A DNA stretch of 64,000 bases from Oikopleura dioica (lineage: Eukaryota > Animalia > Chordata): positions 1,178,001 to 1,242,000 of the forward strand of contig OU015567.1 of NCBI GenBank assembly GCA_907165135.1, in the 5' to 3' direction. The notes beneath the pieces are model-generated. The model saw only the letters and a list, made by a program, of their open reading frames with translations, did no database searches and had not been told where the DNA came from. The position numbers were made by a program, and so were the translations under genes. Positions 12,519-22,480 of this stretch are shown piece by piece. Each line of letters starts with the position of its first letter. Within the stretch, counting starts at the first letter, position 1.

Positions 12519-15500
12519 CCTTTTCAATGGAATTATATGCACCGGATCCATATCTCGAAATTCAGGGAGCAGTCCGATCTCGTTCTTTTTCCACCCTTTC
12601 TCCATCTCTTCGCTCTTCCGGATTTTATTCAAAGCCCTTGTCGTAGAAAGCTTGATAAATCGCTCACCAAGCCTGACACTCATAAGAATGAATGCTCCTT
12701 GGAAGCTGACAGAAGACAATTTCGCATTGAAGTGATTACTCGCGATAAAGCCTTGGGCCTCTTCAAAGCGATTCAGATTATATTCTGGCGCATAAAAGTA
12801 GCATTTGTCCGATCTTCCCGTTGGAGCGCAAATAACAACAACAGGGAAGATTTGCTTTTCATTCTCTTTTCTTCTTATTTCGATTTCGTGAGTTCCGATT
12901 GAAGATCCAAAATGAAAGACAAAAAAACCGCTACGACAAAATTACCATAGAGTTGAGCTCTAAGTGGAGATTCGAGATTCTCGAAAGCCAGTAAAGCGCG
13001 CCCGCTTAGTGTGGTGCGGTGTGGTCAGAGTGTGGTGGTGAGTAAGCGCTACCCGTGGGAATTCTCACGCGCTGAGTCCAGGAGGAAGACTTTCTCTCTT
13101 TGGAAGAAAAATCCTTTAAATTATCATTCTTCTATTGTAATGACTAGTTTTTTTATATTAATTGATGGTAATTGATAAAATATACTCAATATAATTTCTC
13201 AAAATCAATAAAAAAAAAACAAAATGATATTTTTTCGACAATCCCTTCTATCATGAAACGCCATATCTTTTCCGAAAGCATTCAAACGCTTGTCCTCGTC
13301 TTTCACAAAAAATTGAGCTCAATATCCTCAATAAGACCTTTCTACAGAGTTCCTTGTCGAGCAACTAACGATGAACAATTGCCTCGAAATCGGCAACATT
13401 GCCTCGCAGCTCAAATTGTCCGAAGTCGACGACTTCATCAATCGTTTTCTTCTTCAAAACTTTACATCTATCCCCGACTTTTGCAAGATCCAGTTCGAAA
13501 GGTTTAAGTTCCTCCTGAGTTCGAACGATCTCCAGGGACTCATTACGCCAGGGTTTGGCAAAAAGGAGGCCTACCGCAAGAAAATCGACTCTCCCGCGCA
13601 GGAGAACTCATGGAACAGATCAAATTCCCGCTCATCCATCGTTGACATCGTGACAAAAATCAACGAGTCATGACTGAGCTCGAGAAATTTCGATTTCGAC
13701 CAGCTGCGCGAATCTCTCTCGTGAAAGAAAATGTAAAAAGAGTACTTTTCTCTTCTTTTCATGATAATTTTTTCGGAGTATAAAACTCCGAATCGGAGAA
13801 AATTTTTCTCAAAATCAAAAATTTCAAATTTTCAAAAAAAATTGAATAAAGAGATATGGCTTTTCACGTCAACTATAAATCCGGAGCTCAGCGACAAGAA
13901 TGGAAACGCCTTCAGAGTTCTATTATTAAGATTCTTCTGTTTGATTTTTCTTCATTTTTATTTTCATCTTTATTTTTGATTTATGCGAGCGCATAAATTC
14001 ACAATCGGTTGGTTCACAATTTCGGTCGAAAAACTGACTGAAGGTGCGGTTGTAGAGAAAGCTTACAACTTCAAAAATGAATATTTCGATGAAATAAGGC
14101 GCACGCCCGGACTTCTTACTGTCTTACAAGTATTCCTCTTTTGAATACATGATACTGTAACGAGCACTGCTCACAGGCAACAGTGTTCACAAATTCAGGG
14201 ATGAAATTTTCATCGCGATTTTCGGTCTAAAAACTCAGTTTCCAAACGCGATTTCGAGGAAGTAAGGAAGAGTTAGTTAAACCAATTTATGGAAGTGATT
14301 TTATGGATCAGGATTTTTATTGGCCGGTAGACAAAATACAGCAATCTTATTGGTAATGTAAAAATGCACCACGAATTGGTTTAGTCTGAAAGAGTCGGGA
14401 TAAACCCAAAAAAGGTATGCATTGAATTTTTTAACCAATCAGAAGCCTGGATTCGGCCAACCAGCCAATCAGCAGCCTAGTAGCTGCCCACGCAAAATTC
14501 GTCGATTCATGCCTCCTTGACGTGGCCATGAGTAGCCAGTCGCATGCCCGGATCAATAATTTCACTCAATCACAGAATATTAACCCGTTGCCGAGCGCTA
14601 ACTGTATAAAGGCCGTCAACGCAAATAGTAAGGCTGGATTTCGAGCCTCGAGGCAGGTTGTAGCATCCTGAATGCAACGTGCTCGGCAACGGGTTAACGA
14701 GTTTAAGGGAGCAAGCTCTGATAAACCATCAAGAAAAATATGTGATAGAACTCTCAAGTCCATGTTTTCGAAATTATGACCTTGTCATTTGGTCAGATTC
14801 AATTGCAAGAGGCTTCAACCGGGTAATTTTCTAATGAATTTTGAAAATTTGTTATTTCAAGTGTTCTCAATCCGATCGTCAGAAGGCCCATGCAGGTGCT
14901 ATGAAGAATTTCTCGACAGTGAACGTTCAAATCAACGGCGGAATGGACATTCTCGAGTTTTTGAGTGTTCTTAGGTGCAACAAGATACTATCTGACCTCA
15001 ATACTTGCCGAGACCATTACATGGACGGGAGCCCCAATATGTTCAAGAAATACCGTGAATTCAAGTGTGCGGAATGTCAAACAAAATGTGACCGTCATTT
15101 TGAGGGGACTCTTGTTGTCAATGGTACTAAATTATAATCTTCCAAGCACAGAATATTTAGTGGGCTTGAACAACTTGCTCAAATCGGACGTGCGACAGTT
15201 CCGGCATCAAAGCTTCTCGGGCCTTGCCAAGAATTTGAAAAAATGTCTTCGCGATAACTTCCCGAAATGTACTCCCCATATCATGCTGCCGATTCTCCCA
15301 GTCAAATATCAATCCGATGACGATTTTAAAGAGCAGCATAAAGAGCTCACTGAAGCGGTATTTATTTTTTAAAGCTTAATTGGATTATTCTTTTCAGCTT
15401 TTGACTGGAACTGACAACCCACTCGAAATGAGAGACTATCCCCTTCCTCAAGGAAGATTCGACAATGACGGAATCCACCTTACAACTCAAGCATCCATTG

Positions 15501-18500
15501 ACTTCTTTTCTTCTGCAATCTCTATCATACAATAAAGCATTCTTAAGCGTCATATCAATGTTATATTTTCTCTTATTATTTTTGCAGTCTATGTATTCGT
15601 CGATTGTTTCTGTGGAAGTGAGCCCGCTTGGAAAGACTAGACATTCTTCATCGCCTTCATCTTTCCACAACGAGCTCCACCCCCACAGAAAGGGGTGGGT
15701 CAATCGCAATTGACCGTGTACAGGAGAAAAGTACTGACTTTAGAATTCTCATGGACTGAGAAAACTCTGTGTAAAGTCAGAATTAAAATAAATTCGCAGA
15801 CAGAAAAATTTTTTCATATTTTATTTTCTCATGCACAGGTATGTATTCGCATTGTTATTATTGTTTTCAATTTATCTATGAAACTCCGACCGTTCACAAT
15901 AAGGATGCCAGAGAAACCTCAGGGCTCGTGTTGCCTTTCGTCATTTTGCGGTTTTTTTGTCCTATACTAGTGAACGTATTCAGAGCAGAACCACGATAAT
16001 GCACTGTCAATCCGTCAAGTTATAACCATCCTAACATATGAAAACAAAAATAGCAATACGAATCCATACATTTAAAAAGACCTATAAAAACTCTGACCGT
16101 TCACGATGTAGGTGCCAGAGAAACCTTAGGGCTCGTGTTGCCTTTCATCAATTTGCGGTTTTTTTTATATTAATGTGTGAACGTATTAAGCGCAGAACCA
16201 CGATAGTGCGCTTTCAACCTACACTTATGGAAGCCTAATTATTTTCCTTAGTCCTAACTTAGCGGGAAACCAGAAGACGAACTTTCTTCGCTCTCCGTAA
16301 GGGATGAGCCACCCCTTTCTTCGCTGAGAAAGAGGTATCTTCTCTCTTCTTTGAAGCCACATGGGCCTTTCTCTTAAATCAGTCACCAAAATAAGTAGCT
16401 GAACTTTGCTTTTTACAGAAAAAAACAGATGACGAACTTCTTCGCTCTCTTTCTTCTTTAAAGCCACAACGGCCTTTCTCTAAAATCAGTCACCAAATGA
16501 CGGCTGAACTTTGCTGTTTTTACAGGGAAAAAGCCAGATGACGAGTTTTCTTCGCTCTCCGTAAGGGATGAGCCACCCCTTTCTTCGCTCTCAGTAAAGA
16601 CCGAACAAGCCTTCACAAATTAGACTCGAAGCCGCAAGCGGCTTCTTGTCTCGAGGACAAAGGACAGACACAACGAGGATGAAAGAGAATGGAGAAAGAA
16701 GGGAGAGCGAGAGATTTAATGACGTGGATTTTTCACCTTGAAAGATCCCTTATTTGCTTTGTATCCTCGTTCAGGATTCGATCCGTCTCTAGCGATCGTT
16801 TCCTTTGCACGCCTGAGGATTCCTCTGCAAGCGTTATTGATCGCGTCTTGGGAGATGTTCGCCCATACACGAGTTAGAATCTCTCTCGCTTCCTCGAATG
16901 AATCGAAGTAAAGCTTGTTCATTCGACCCAGCTCCTTCTTTGTATCCATTTTGAACTTGTGCCAAATGCAAAAGTCCAAAGGATTGAGGTCAGGAGAGTG
17001 CGCTGGCCATTCAGCCAAGCGCGCTCTGCGAAACCTTTCTCCCTCCCCTGTTTTCGCCAGGACACCAGTGATGACATTGTGGATGCCAAAACTTTCGTCA
17101 ATGAGCTTGAGCGATGAGGTTGCTGTGTGGCATGTCGCACCATCTTGAACGAAAATCTTTCCGTCAAGAACGTGCTTAACGCCCTCACCATTTTCAACCT
17201 CCTTGACGAAGCCCATTTCTTTGAGCTCTTCAAACCATGGAACCAAGACAAGCTCCTGATAGCTCTTCTGGGTTCCAGATACAGAGGAAAGCTTTCCCCG
17301 GTTGTCCTCTCTGACGAAAAATCGAAGCGACAACTTCAAATCGATTCCGATTGCAGCTGCAAACATTATTCTTTTCGGAAATTTTTTGCTGAAGTTTAGG
17401 TTGTCTGCCCACGGATTTTCTTCGCCTTTGCGAATCCAGTAGCCGAAATTAGGACCGAGTGTTTCGTCGCGAAATTGTAACGAACACTCATCTGTATGGA
17501 TGAGCATTCCGAGGAAATTTGGATGCTCGTCATTCGTTTCCTCCAGCCACTTACAGAATCGCAATCTCGTATCCTTTACTTCAGCAGGAAGCGCTGGTTT
17601 TGGCTTTTCCTTATTTCTGAATTCGTACCCCATTTTATGGAATAGAGTCTTCACTCTTTGATATTCCGCATAAGAAGCCATTCCGACATTAGCGCATGCC
17701 TCTTTAAGACAGTGAGACTTTGCGAAATGACTGTCACCGTCTTTATGGATCTGAGCAAGAACAGTTTGAACGATCCGCTTGTCTTCCTCGGTTAAGTCGC
17801 GCTCAACGATCTCACGTGGTTGAAAATATTTCGAGATGAATATCTCTTTCTCAAAATATTTGATCTGACCGTTTGGACTAAGTTTGAGGACACGATGATC
17901 AGCTCGTACTGCTTGATCCAAACGCTCAGGCTTATCACTGAGCAGCGAAAGAAATGCCGAATTCATTTCTTTAACGAATCGCTTCGGACCGAGCTCAAAG
18001 TATTTGCAAGAGTTTGAGCACAAAACTTGCAAGAAAAGTCTACCAAGCGCGTGCTTGGCAAGTTTTTTCCATGTTTTTGGAGGTCCGATTGTCGGGAGAA
18101 GAGCGAAATCCTCGTCTGGAAGCTCCTTGACTGCTTTTCGAACGGGCTGTCCGACAATGATGACTTTATCCTGAAGAGCATTCTTCACGTCTTCATGCCG
18201 CCGGATGCACTCAGCATCGAAGACCGCTTGAATGGGGCGTTCTATCAGTTCGATCTCGTTGTCTTCGTCTTCTGATGCGTAGAGGATATTAAGCGCATCC
18301 TCAAAGACAACGTCATCGTACTCGAGCTCAGGTAGAACGACATCAGGAACCTGATCGATTACTGGCGGAACATCATCGAGACCAACCTCAACATATTGTA
18401 TCTCAGGCTGCACTGAGTCGAAGTCTTGCTCAACAATCATCTCCTCAGCCGACTGCTGAGAAGATAAAGCCAGAGAATCAATATTTGGCGTCTCCTCAAA

Positions 18501-21500
18501 GCGATAGGTAGTATAGTTTTTACTACTAGCTTTAGGAGGGACGAGAACATCATCCGAGACAACAAATTTGGAACTTGAGGAAATGTTAATTTTGATGTCT
18601 GGGTTTGAGTTTTTTATCAATAGCCTACTTCGCCATTCGCCTGCTGGTCTTGACTTTCGGCCTACTGATTGAACGATTGGATCCAAATGAGTGATCATAC
18701 AGCCCTTATGAGAACGTTTCGATGGAACAAGCGATTCATTTTCCCGAGGCTTCTTTATAATCTGGGTGAGGCACTTATCAGAATCTTTAAGAGCGGACGG
18801 GACATGAATCTCGAGTTTTACGTATGCGTCTCCGTCATCATAAAGTTCAAGTAATTCGTGGATTTTGCGGACAATTTGAGTTCTTTTGAAAATTCTCGCA
18901 CTTCGTTTTCTTCCTGATTGTCTTTGACGCGCACTTGTCGACATTTTATGCTTATAGGGATAATATTATAAACCCTATTGCACCAAACCCATATTGCACC
19001 AAACCCATATTGCACCAAACCCATATTGCACCAAACCCATATTGCACCAAACCCAAATTGCACCAAACCCATATTGCACCAACCCCATATTGCAACAAAC
19101 CCATATTGCACCAAACCCAAATTGCACCAAACCAATATTGCACCAAACCCATATTGCACCAAACCCATATTGCACCAACCCCATATTGCAACAAACCCAT
19201 ATTGCACCAAACCCAAATTGCACCAAACCAATATTGCGCCAAACCCGTATTGCACCAAACCCATATTGCACCAAACCCATATTGCACCAAATCCTTAAGG
19301 CACCAAACCCAAATTGCGCCAAACCCAAATTACACCGAACCTAAATTGCAACTAACCCGTATTGCACCATCTAGGTAACGAGATACGCAACATTCAATAG
19401 GCGCACTAATGCACTAGTGTCAAGTAGAAATGCACTGTTAGAAAGGTCATTTTTCGATTTTTCATTTTTCAAAAAGTGGTGCATGCAGATCGAATTTTGA
19501 AAATCTGCCAAATTTTGGGCATACAATAGTGTTCAAGCTTGCCTCTCTTGAAAAATTGGGCAATTGAATTTCGGGAACATACCAAAAAATTGAATAAAAG
19601 TATAGTAACATCAGATTTTTAAAGGAGTCTTTGAAGCGGCGGTGGGGATTAATGGGTTAGTATTTCAAAAATTCGTTAAAATCACGGCCTATAAAATTGT
19701 TGAATTCAATATATGAGCATAAAAAAGGACCAAAAATCTTAAGGAATGGTGCCGAAAAAGTGAATGAAAATATGCCCAAAGTCGTTGTTGACACCCTTAA
19801 GGGTACCTAGGTCGAGTTTGGGTACCCCCTTAAACCATTTTCTGACCAAAGAATCGAATTCTTCAAGTTCTAAGGAACAAAAAACTCTACAATGACCCTA
19901 TGGCTATCTAAACGTTTTCACGGTCAAAAACCACTGTAAAGTATAAAATCTATAGGAAATGCTAGAGCCTCAAATTTTGACGAAAAATTTTCCATCTCCA
20001 ATTTTGCTGATTAAGGGCTTAAATGAAAGCTTATGGCCTGGTTAACATCGTAGTGAAGCTTAGAATTGCCCAAGAAAATTAAACTCTGTTCAAAACCGGG
20101 GAAAATGGAAGCTTACCAAGCAAAAATGCGGAATTTGTGAAGACTAGACCAATCTTTTGAAAATTTTCTTAAAAAAATCTTTGAAATCCAAATATCTGCT
20201 CTGTCATGATTGTAGAGGAGGCTTTAGACTTTATGTATCCAAAAAGAAAAAAAATGTTTGTATGAAAATTTTCGCCTGAATTTAGCGTCAAAGTTGGCCA
20301 TTTAAGGCCGAGACGCCAACTTTGAGGGCATTTTTTCTGAAAAAAATTTTTGAAATCGAAAAAACTGCTCTGTCACGATCCGAGATCTAGGATAGATCTG
20401 TTGAATGAGCTATTAAGGAGCTTTTTTCGTTAAGAATTAAGGGTAGTAATTTACCCTCAAAGATGGCCATCTCGACCCAGGTACCCTTAAGTCCGGAGAA
20501 ACAGCTACTTTCATGATGAAAGTTTCATCAGTATATGAATTGAAAGAGCAATCCAAAATTTCAATTTTATTCGCATTTTATTCAATAATAATAAGTCCAA
20601 AATAATATGTCCAAAACTATATAAAATTAAACTGTATGAAAATTTCTTTTAGTGCCAGTAAATTTGCAACTCTGTCTCTATTAAGTTATCTCTTAAATGA
20701 ATTCTCTCTTAATAAAATTTAAAATATTATCCGTTCCTTCTAGACTCAAAAAGTATGAGTGAAGAAAAGAGGATAGGTAGCGGAAGGATGGGGAGGAAAT
20801 CTGGAAAAAACAGGGAAAATCAAGAAGCTAATTGGAGAACCGGTGATTGCGTCGACTGACGTAACATTTCCAGCCTTGAAAAAGGCTTTTTTGTTTTTAG
20901 TTTTAGCCTTGAAAAAGGCTTATTTTTAATGAAGATACTCATCGTTGTCTCCACGAGAGAGAAATCTGGAGGACTTTTTGGGCGAGCGCAGAGAATTGAG
21001 TCTGCGGCGCAGCGCGGAGAATTAATGGGCTCTGATTGGCTGGGGCGCTCCTGCCCTGAAAATGCGCGCGCTCAGAGCTCGCGTTAGAAAATCCAAGCCG
21101 CTCTTTCTAACGCAAAGATTCTCCTATCTCCACTTAGAGCTCAACTCCATGGTAGAAATCCTAAAAAAGTTGATGATCTTACTCGCTTGATTTTCTATTT
21201 TGAACGATCACGGGCACCCCACCCTTTTCATCAACCCTCATCAGATTTCCGACAGCATCGACCAAATAATGCTCGCCATCAAGAACAGTGGCACCGATCG
21301 ACTTTTGCGTCTTACTTACACTTTCTTACTATGAAATGAAAAATGAAAGAAAAACGTTCATAAGAAGTGAACAATGAATTGCTCTCAAGCTCGACATCAG
21401 TGTCATTTTTGTCCGTTCTGAAATCTGTAAAGATGATAGGAAATCTTTTCGTCGTCTCAATATGGGACTTCCGATTTGCCCAACGACCAGTTATCCATTT

Positions 21501-22480
21501 TATTGATGAGGCACCATTCTCATCTGCTTTGAAATTTCGAAAATATATTGCTAAAAGAATGCGCCACAAAAAAATTCGAAATTTTCCTGGAATAGAATCA
21601 AGCTCAACAGACTCAGCTTTCTCAAGGTCGAAAACCGGGATCTTTTTCTGGGGAGATTGAAATTTCTCACAATTGTAATAAGGACAAGGACATCCTCCTT
21701 TGCAATATTTTTCGCCAGGACAGATTTCCCCAGCAGCATCAAAAGATCGTGTCAGCTCGAAGCAAATAAACTCACAGGGCGAAGATGATTTCGCTCTCGT
21801 AGATTCCAAAATAAGCGTTTTTGAGCAAAGATGGCGGCAAATCTTGGTATCATAAAACTTTTTCTTTTGGCATCTGCGAAGATTTTTTTCATTTTCTTCT
21901 TTGCTGAACACTTTCAGGTCTGTTTCTTTTCGATCGATTTTCTGAATTGGTTCAGGAAGAATGAATTCCTTAGTTTCAAAGCATTGCTTCATCAGATGAC
22001 CGCAGTAGTCCATCGACGCTATTTGAAGGCATTTTTTGTAGTTTCGGTTGCAAGTCGAAGTCAGAAAAGTCGTTACGCCTCGTGATTTTTCCAACGACTG
22101 GAAGTTTGCTAGAAAAAGATATTGAACAAAAGATCGATTAAGGCTCTCTACTTATCAAGATGATGGTGACCCAAAAAAGCGAGCTGAGACCGAGGTAGGT
22201 GTACTTCTGCGGGTCGGTGGAAAATCCATGACTCGTGAGAGTCAGACCCTTACGAACTATTTCCTTGTACGTTTTCTTCTCTAAGTCTTCTTTGAGTGTA
22301 TTGATGCTTCTTGAAGATAGTACTTCCTCGGTCTTCAAAAAGACCTTCCCGTCTTTTTGAGTCAGAACACCGAAGCAGTGACAATCCATGCACTAGAATC
22401 CCGATTGTTTTACTTTTTTAATATGCTGAAAACCTGAATTTTCGTCTCAAAAAACCAGTTGTCATTTTTCTCTTTTTCAT
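12519..22480 (-). CDS. Type II membrane Cys-rich/kelch-like protein of an Oikopleura-expanded family, split by the 8.2-kb element in one intron
   Basis: Exons at about 22138-22390 (TM LGLSSLFWVTIILI), 21312-22094 (CPGEKYCKGGCPCPYYNC motif), 21183-21310 and 12519-12930. The last two join in frame (GA|C, KSS-D-GFF) across intron 12931-21182. 5' end uncertain. Confidence 0.7.
13348..13650 (+). pseudogene. BTB-BACK (kelch-like family) gene fragment inside the transposon
   Basis: FLVEQLTMNNCLEIGNIASQLKLSEVDDFINRFLLQNF..FKFLLSSNDL, then in another frame ELMEQIKFPLI, matches the BACK-domain pattern. Frameshifted, with no intact start found. Confidence 0.65.
14276..14386. mobile_element. MITE family B (about 115 bp), nested in the giant element
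   Basis: AAACCAATTT.TGGAA ... AATTGGTTTAGTC termini; core TTGGCCGGTAG.C.AAATACAGCAATCTTATTGG shared with the copies at 53501, 59483, 59610 and 60898. Confidence 0.75.
14544..15535 (+). CDS. SGNH/GDSL-hydrolase-like protein, cargo ORF of the giant transposon
   Basis: Spliced model ATG 14544; introns 14823-14861, 15107-15146 (GA-AG) and 15358-15397; stop TAA 15533-15535 overlapping AATAAA. Motifs in SGNH order: IWSDSIARG, HAGA, NGGMD, DNDGIHLT. The first exon carries a MITE. Confidence 0.7.
14584..14693. mobile_element. piggyBac-like MITE, 110 bp
   Basis: TTAA on both sides (14580-14583 and 14694-14697); 13-bp TIRs CCCGTTGCCGAGC. Confidence 0.8.
15883..16218 (+). repeat. Diverged direct repeat, about 130 bp x2
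   Basis: GACCGTTCAC..GCCAGAGAAACC..AGGGCTCGTGTTGCCTTTC..GCAGAACCACGATA occurs at about 15883-16010 and 16091-16218. Confidence 0.8.
16270..16590 (+). repeat. Diverged tandem repeat, about 110-155 bp units
   Basis: Recurrent blocks GACGAACTT(T)CTTCGCTCTC, CGTAAGGGATGAGCCACCCC and AAATCAGTCACCAAA..GCTGAACTTTGCT. Confidence 0.75.
16716..18944 (-). CDS. IS630/Tc1/mariner transposase, 742 aa, DD55D triad
   Basis: Uninterrupted ORF with the linker LFHKMGY..KPKPAL..RLRFCKW and catalytic motifs IHTDEC, FVQDGATCH and WPAHSPDLNPLDFCIW; 55 residues counted between the second and third Asp. Confidence 0.93.
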   Translation of the reverse strand: MSTSARQRQSGRKRSARIFKRTQIVRKIHELLELYDDGDAYVKLEIHVPSALKDSDKCLTQIIKKPRENESLVPSKRSHKGCMITHLDPIVQSVGRKSRPAGEWRSRLLIKNSNPDIKINISSSSKFVVSDDVLVPPKASSKNYTTYRFEETPNIDSLALSSQQSAEEMIVEQDFDSVQPEIQYVEVGLDDVPPVIDQVPDVVLPELEYDDVVFEDALNILYASEDEDNEIELIERPIQAVFDAECIRRHEDVKNALQDKVIIVGQPVRKAVKELPDEDFALLPTIGPPKTWKKLAKHALGRLFLQVLCSNSCKYFELGPKRFVKEMNSAFLSLLSDKPERLDQAVRADHRVLKLSPNGQIKYFEKEIFISKYFQPREIVERDLTEEDKRIVQTVLAQIHKDGDSHFAKSHCLKEACANVGMASYAEYQRVKTLFHKMGYEFRNKEKPKPALPAEVKDTRLRFCKWLEETNDEHPNFLGMLIHTDECSLQFRDETLGPNFGYWIRKGEENPWADNLNFSKKFPKRIMFAAAIGIDLKLSLRFFVREDNRGKLSSVSGTQKSYQELVLVPWFEELKEMGFVKEVENGEGVKHVLDGKIFVQDGATCHTATSSLKLIDESFGIHNVITGVLAKTGEGERFRRARLAEWPAHSPDLNPLDFCIWHKFKMDTKKELGRMNKLYFDSFEEAREILTRVWANISQDAINNACRGILRRAKETIARDGSNPERGYKANKGSFKVKNPRH
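18976..19368 (+). repeat. 16-bp minisatellite (ATTGCACCAAACCCAT)n, about 24 units
   Basis: Directly visible tandem array that degrades towards its right end and starts about 30 bp upstream of the transposase ATG. Confidence 0.95.
19801..20486. mobile_element. TTAA-flanked non-autonomous element with GGG termini (Kolobok-like), nested in the giant element
   Basis: TTAA at 19797-19800 and 20487-20490; 16-bp TIRs GGGTACCT(A/G)GGTCGAG. Confidence 0.8.

Larger units (their letters stand above)
12945..21152. mobile_element. Giant (8208 bp) IS630/Tc1/mariner DNA transposon with cargo genes
   Basis: 27-bp TIRs CCAT(A/G)GAGTTGAGCTCTAAGTGGAGAT at 12945-12971 and 21126-21152 (1 mismatch); TA TSD at 12943-12944 and 21153-21154; contains an intact DDD transposase. 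Removing it restores a 42-nt GT-AG intron. Confidence 0.88.

Noticed and set aside
15362-15713. ORFs 15465-15713 (+) and 15362-15709 (-)
   Set aside because: The spliced frame that gives DGIH and stops at 15535 explains the region better; these ORFs have no motifs.
16620-16650. Helitron 3' end (hairpin plus CTAA on the minus strand)
   Set aside because: The hairpin-to-CTRR spacing is too short, and no matching 5' TC end or Rep/helicase was found.
18976-19368. CRISPR-like array
   Set aside because: No unique spacers; a head-to-tail tandem repeat in a eukaryote.
18818-19378. Six periodic ORFs on both strands (HQTHIAPNPYC..., GLVQYGFGAIW...)
   Set aside because: Translations of the stop-poor 16-bp minisatellite.
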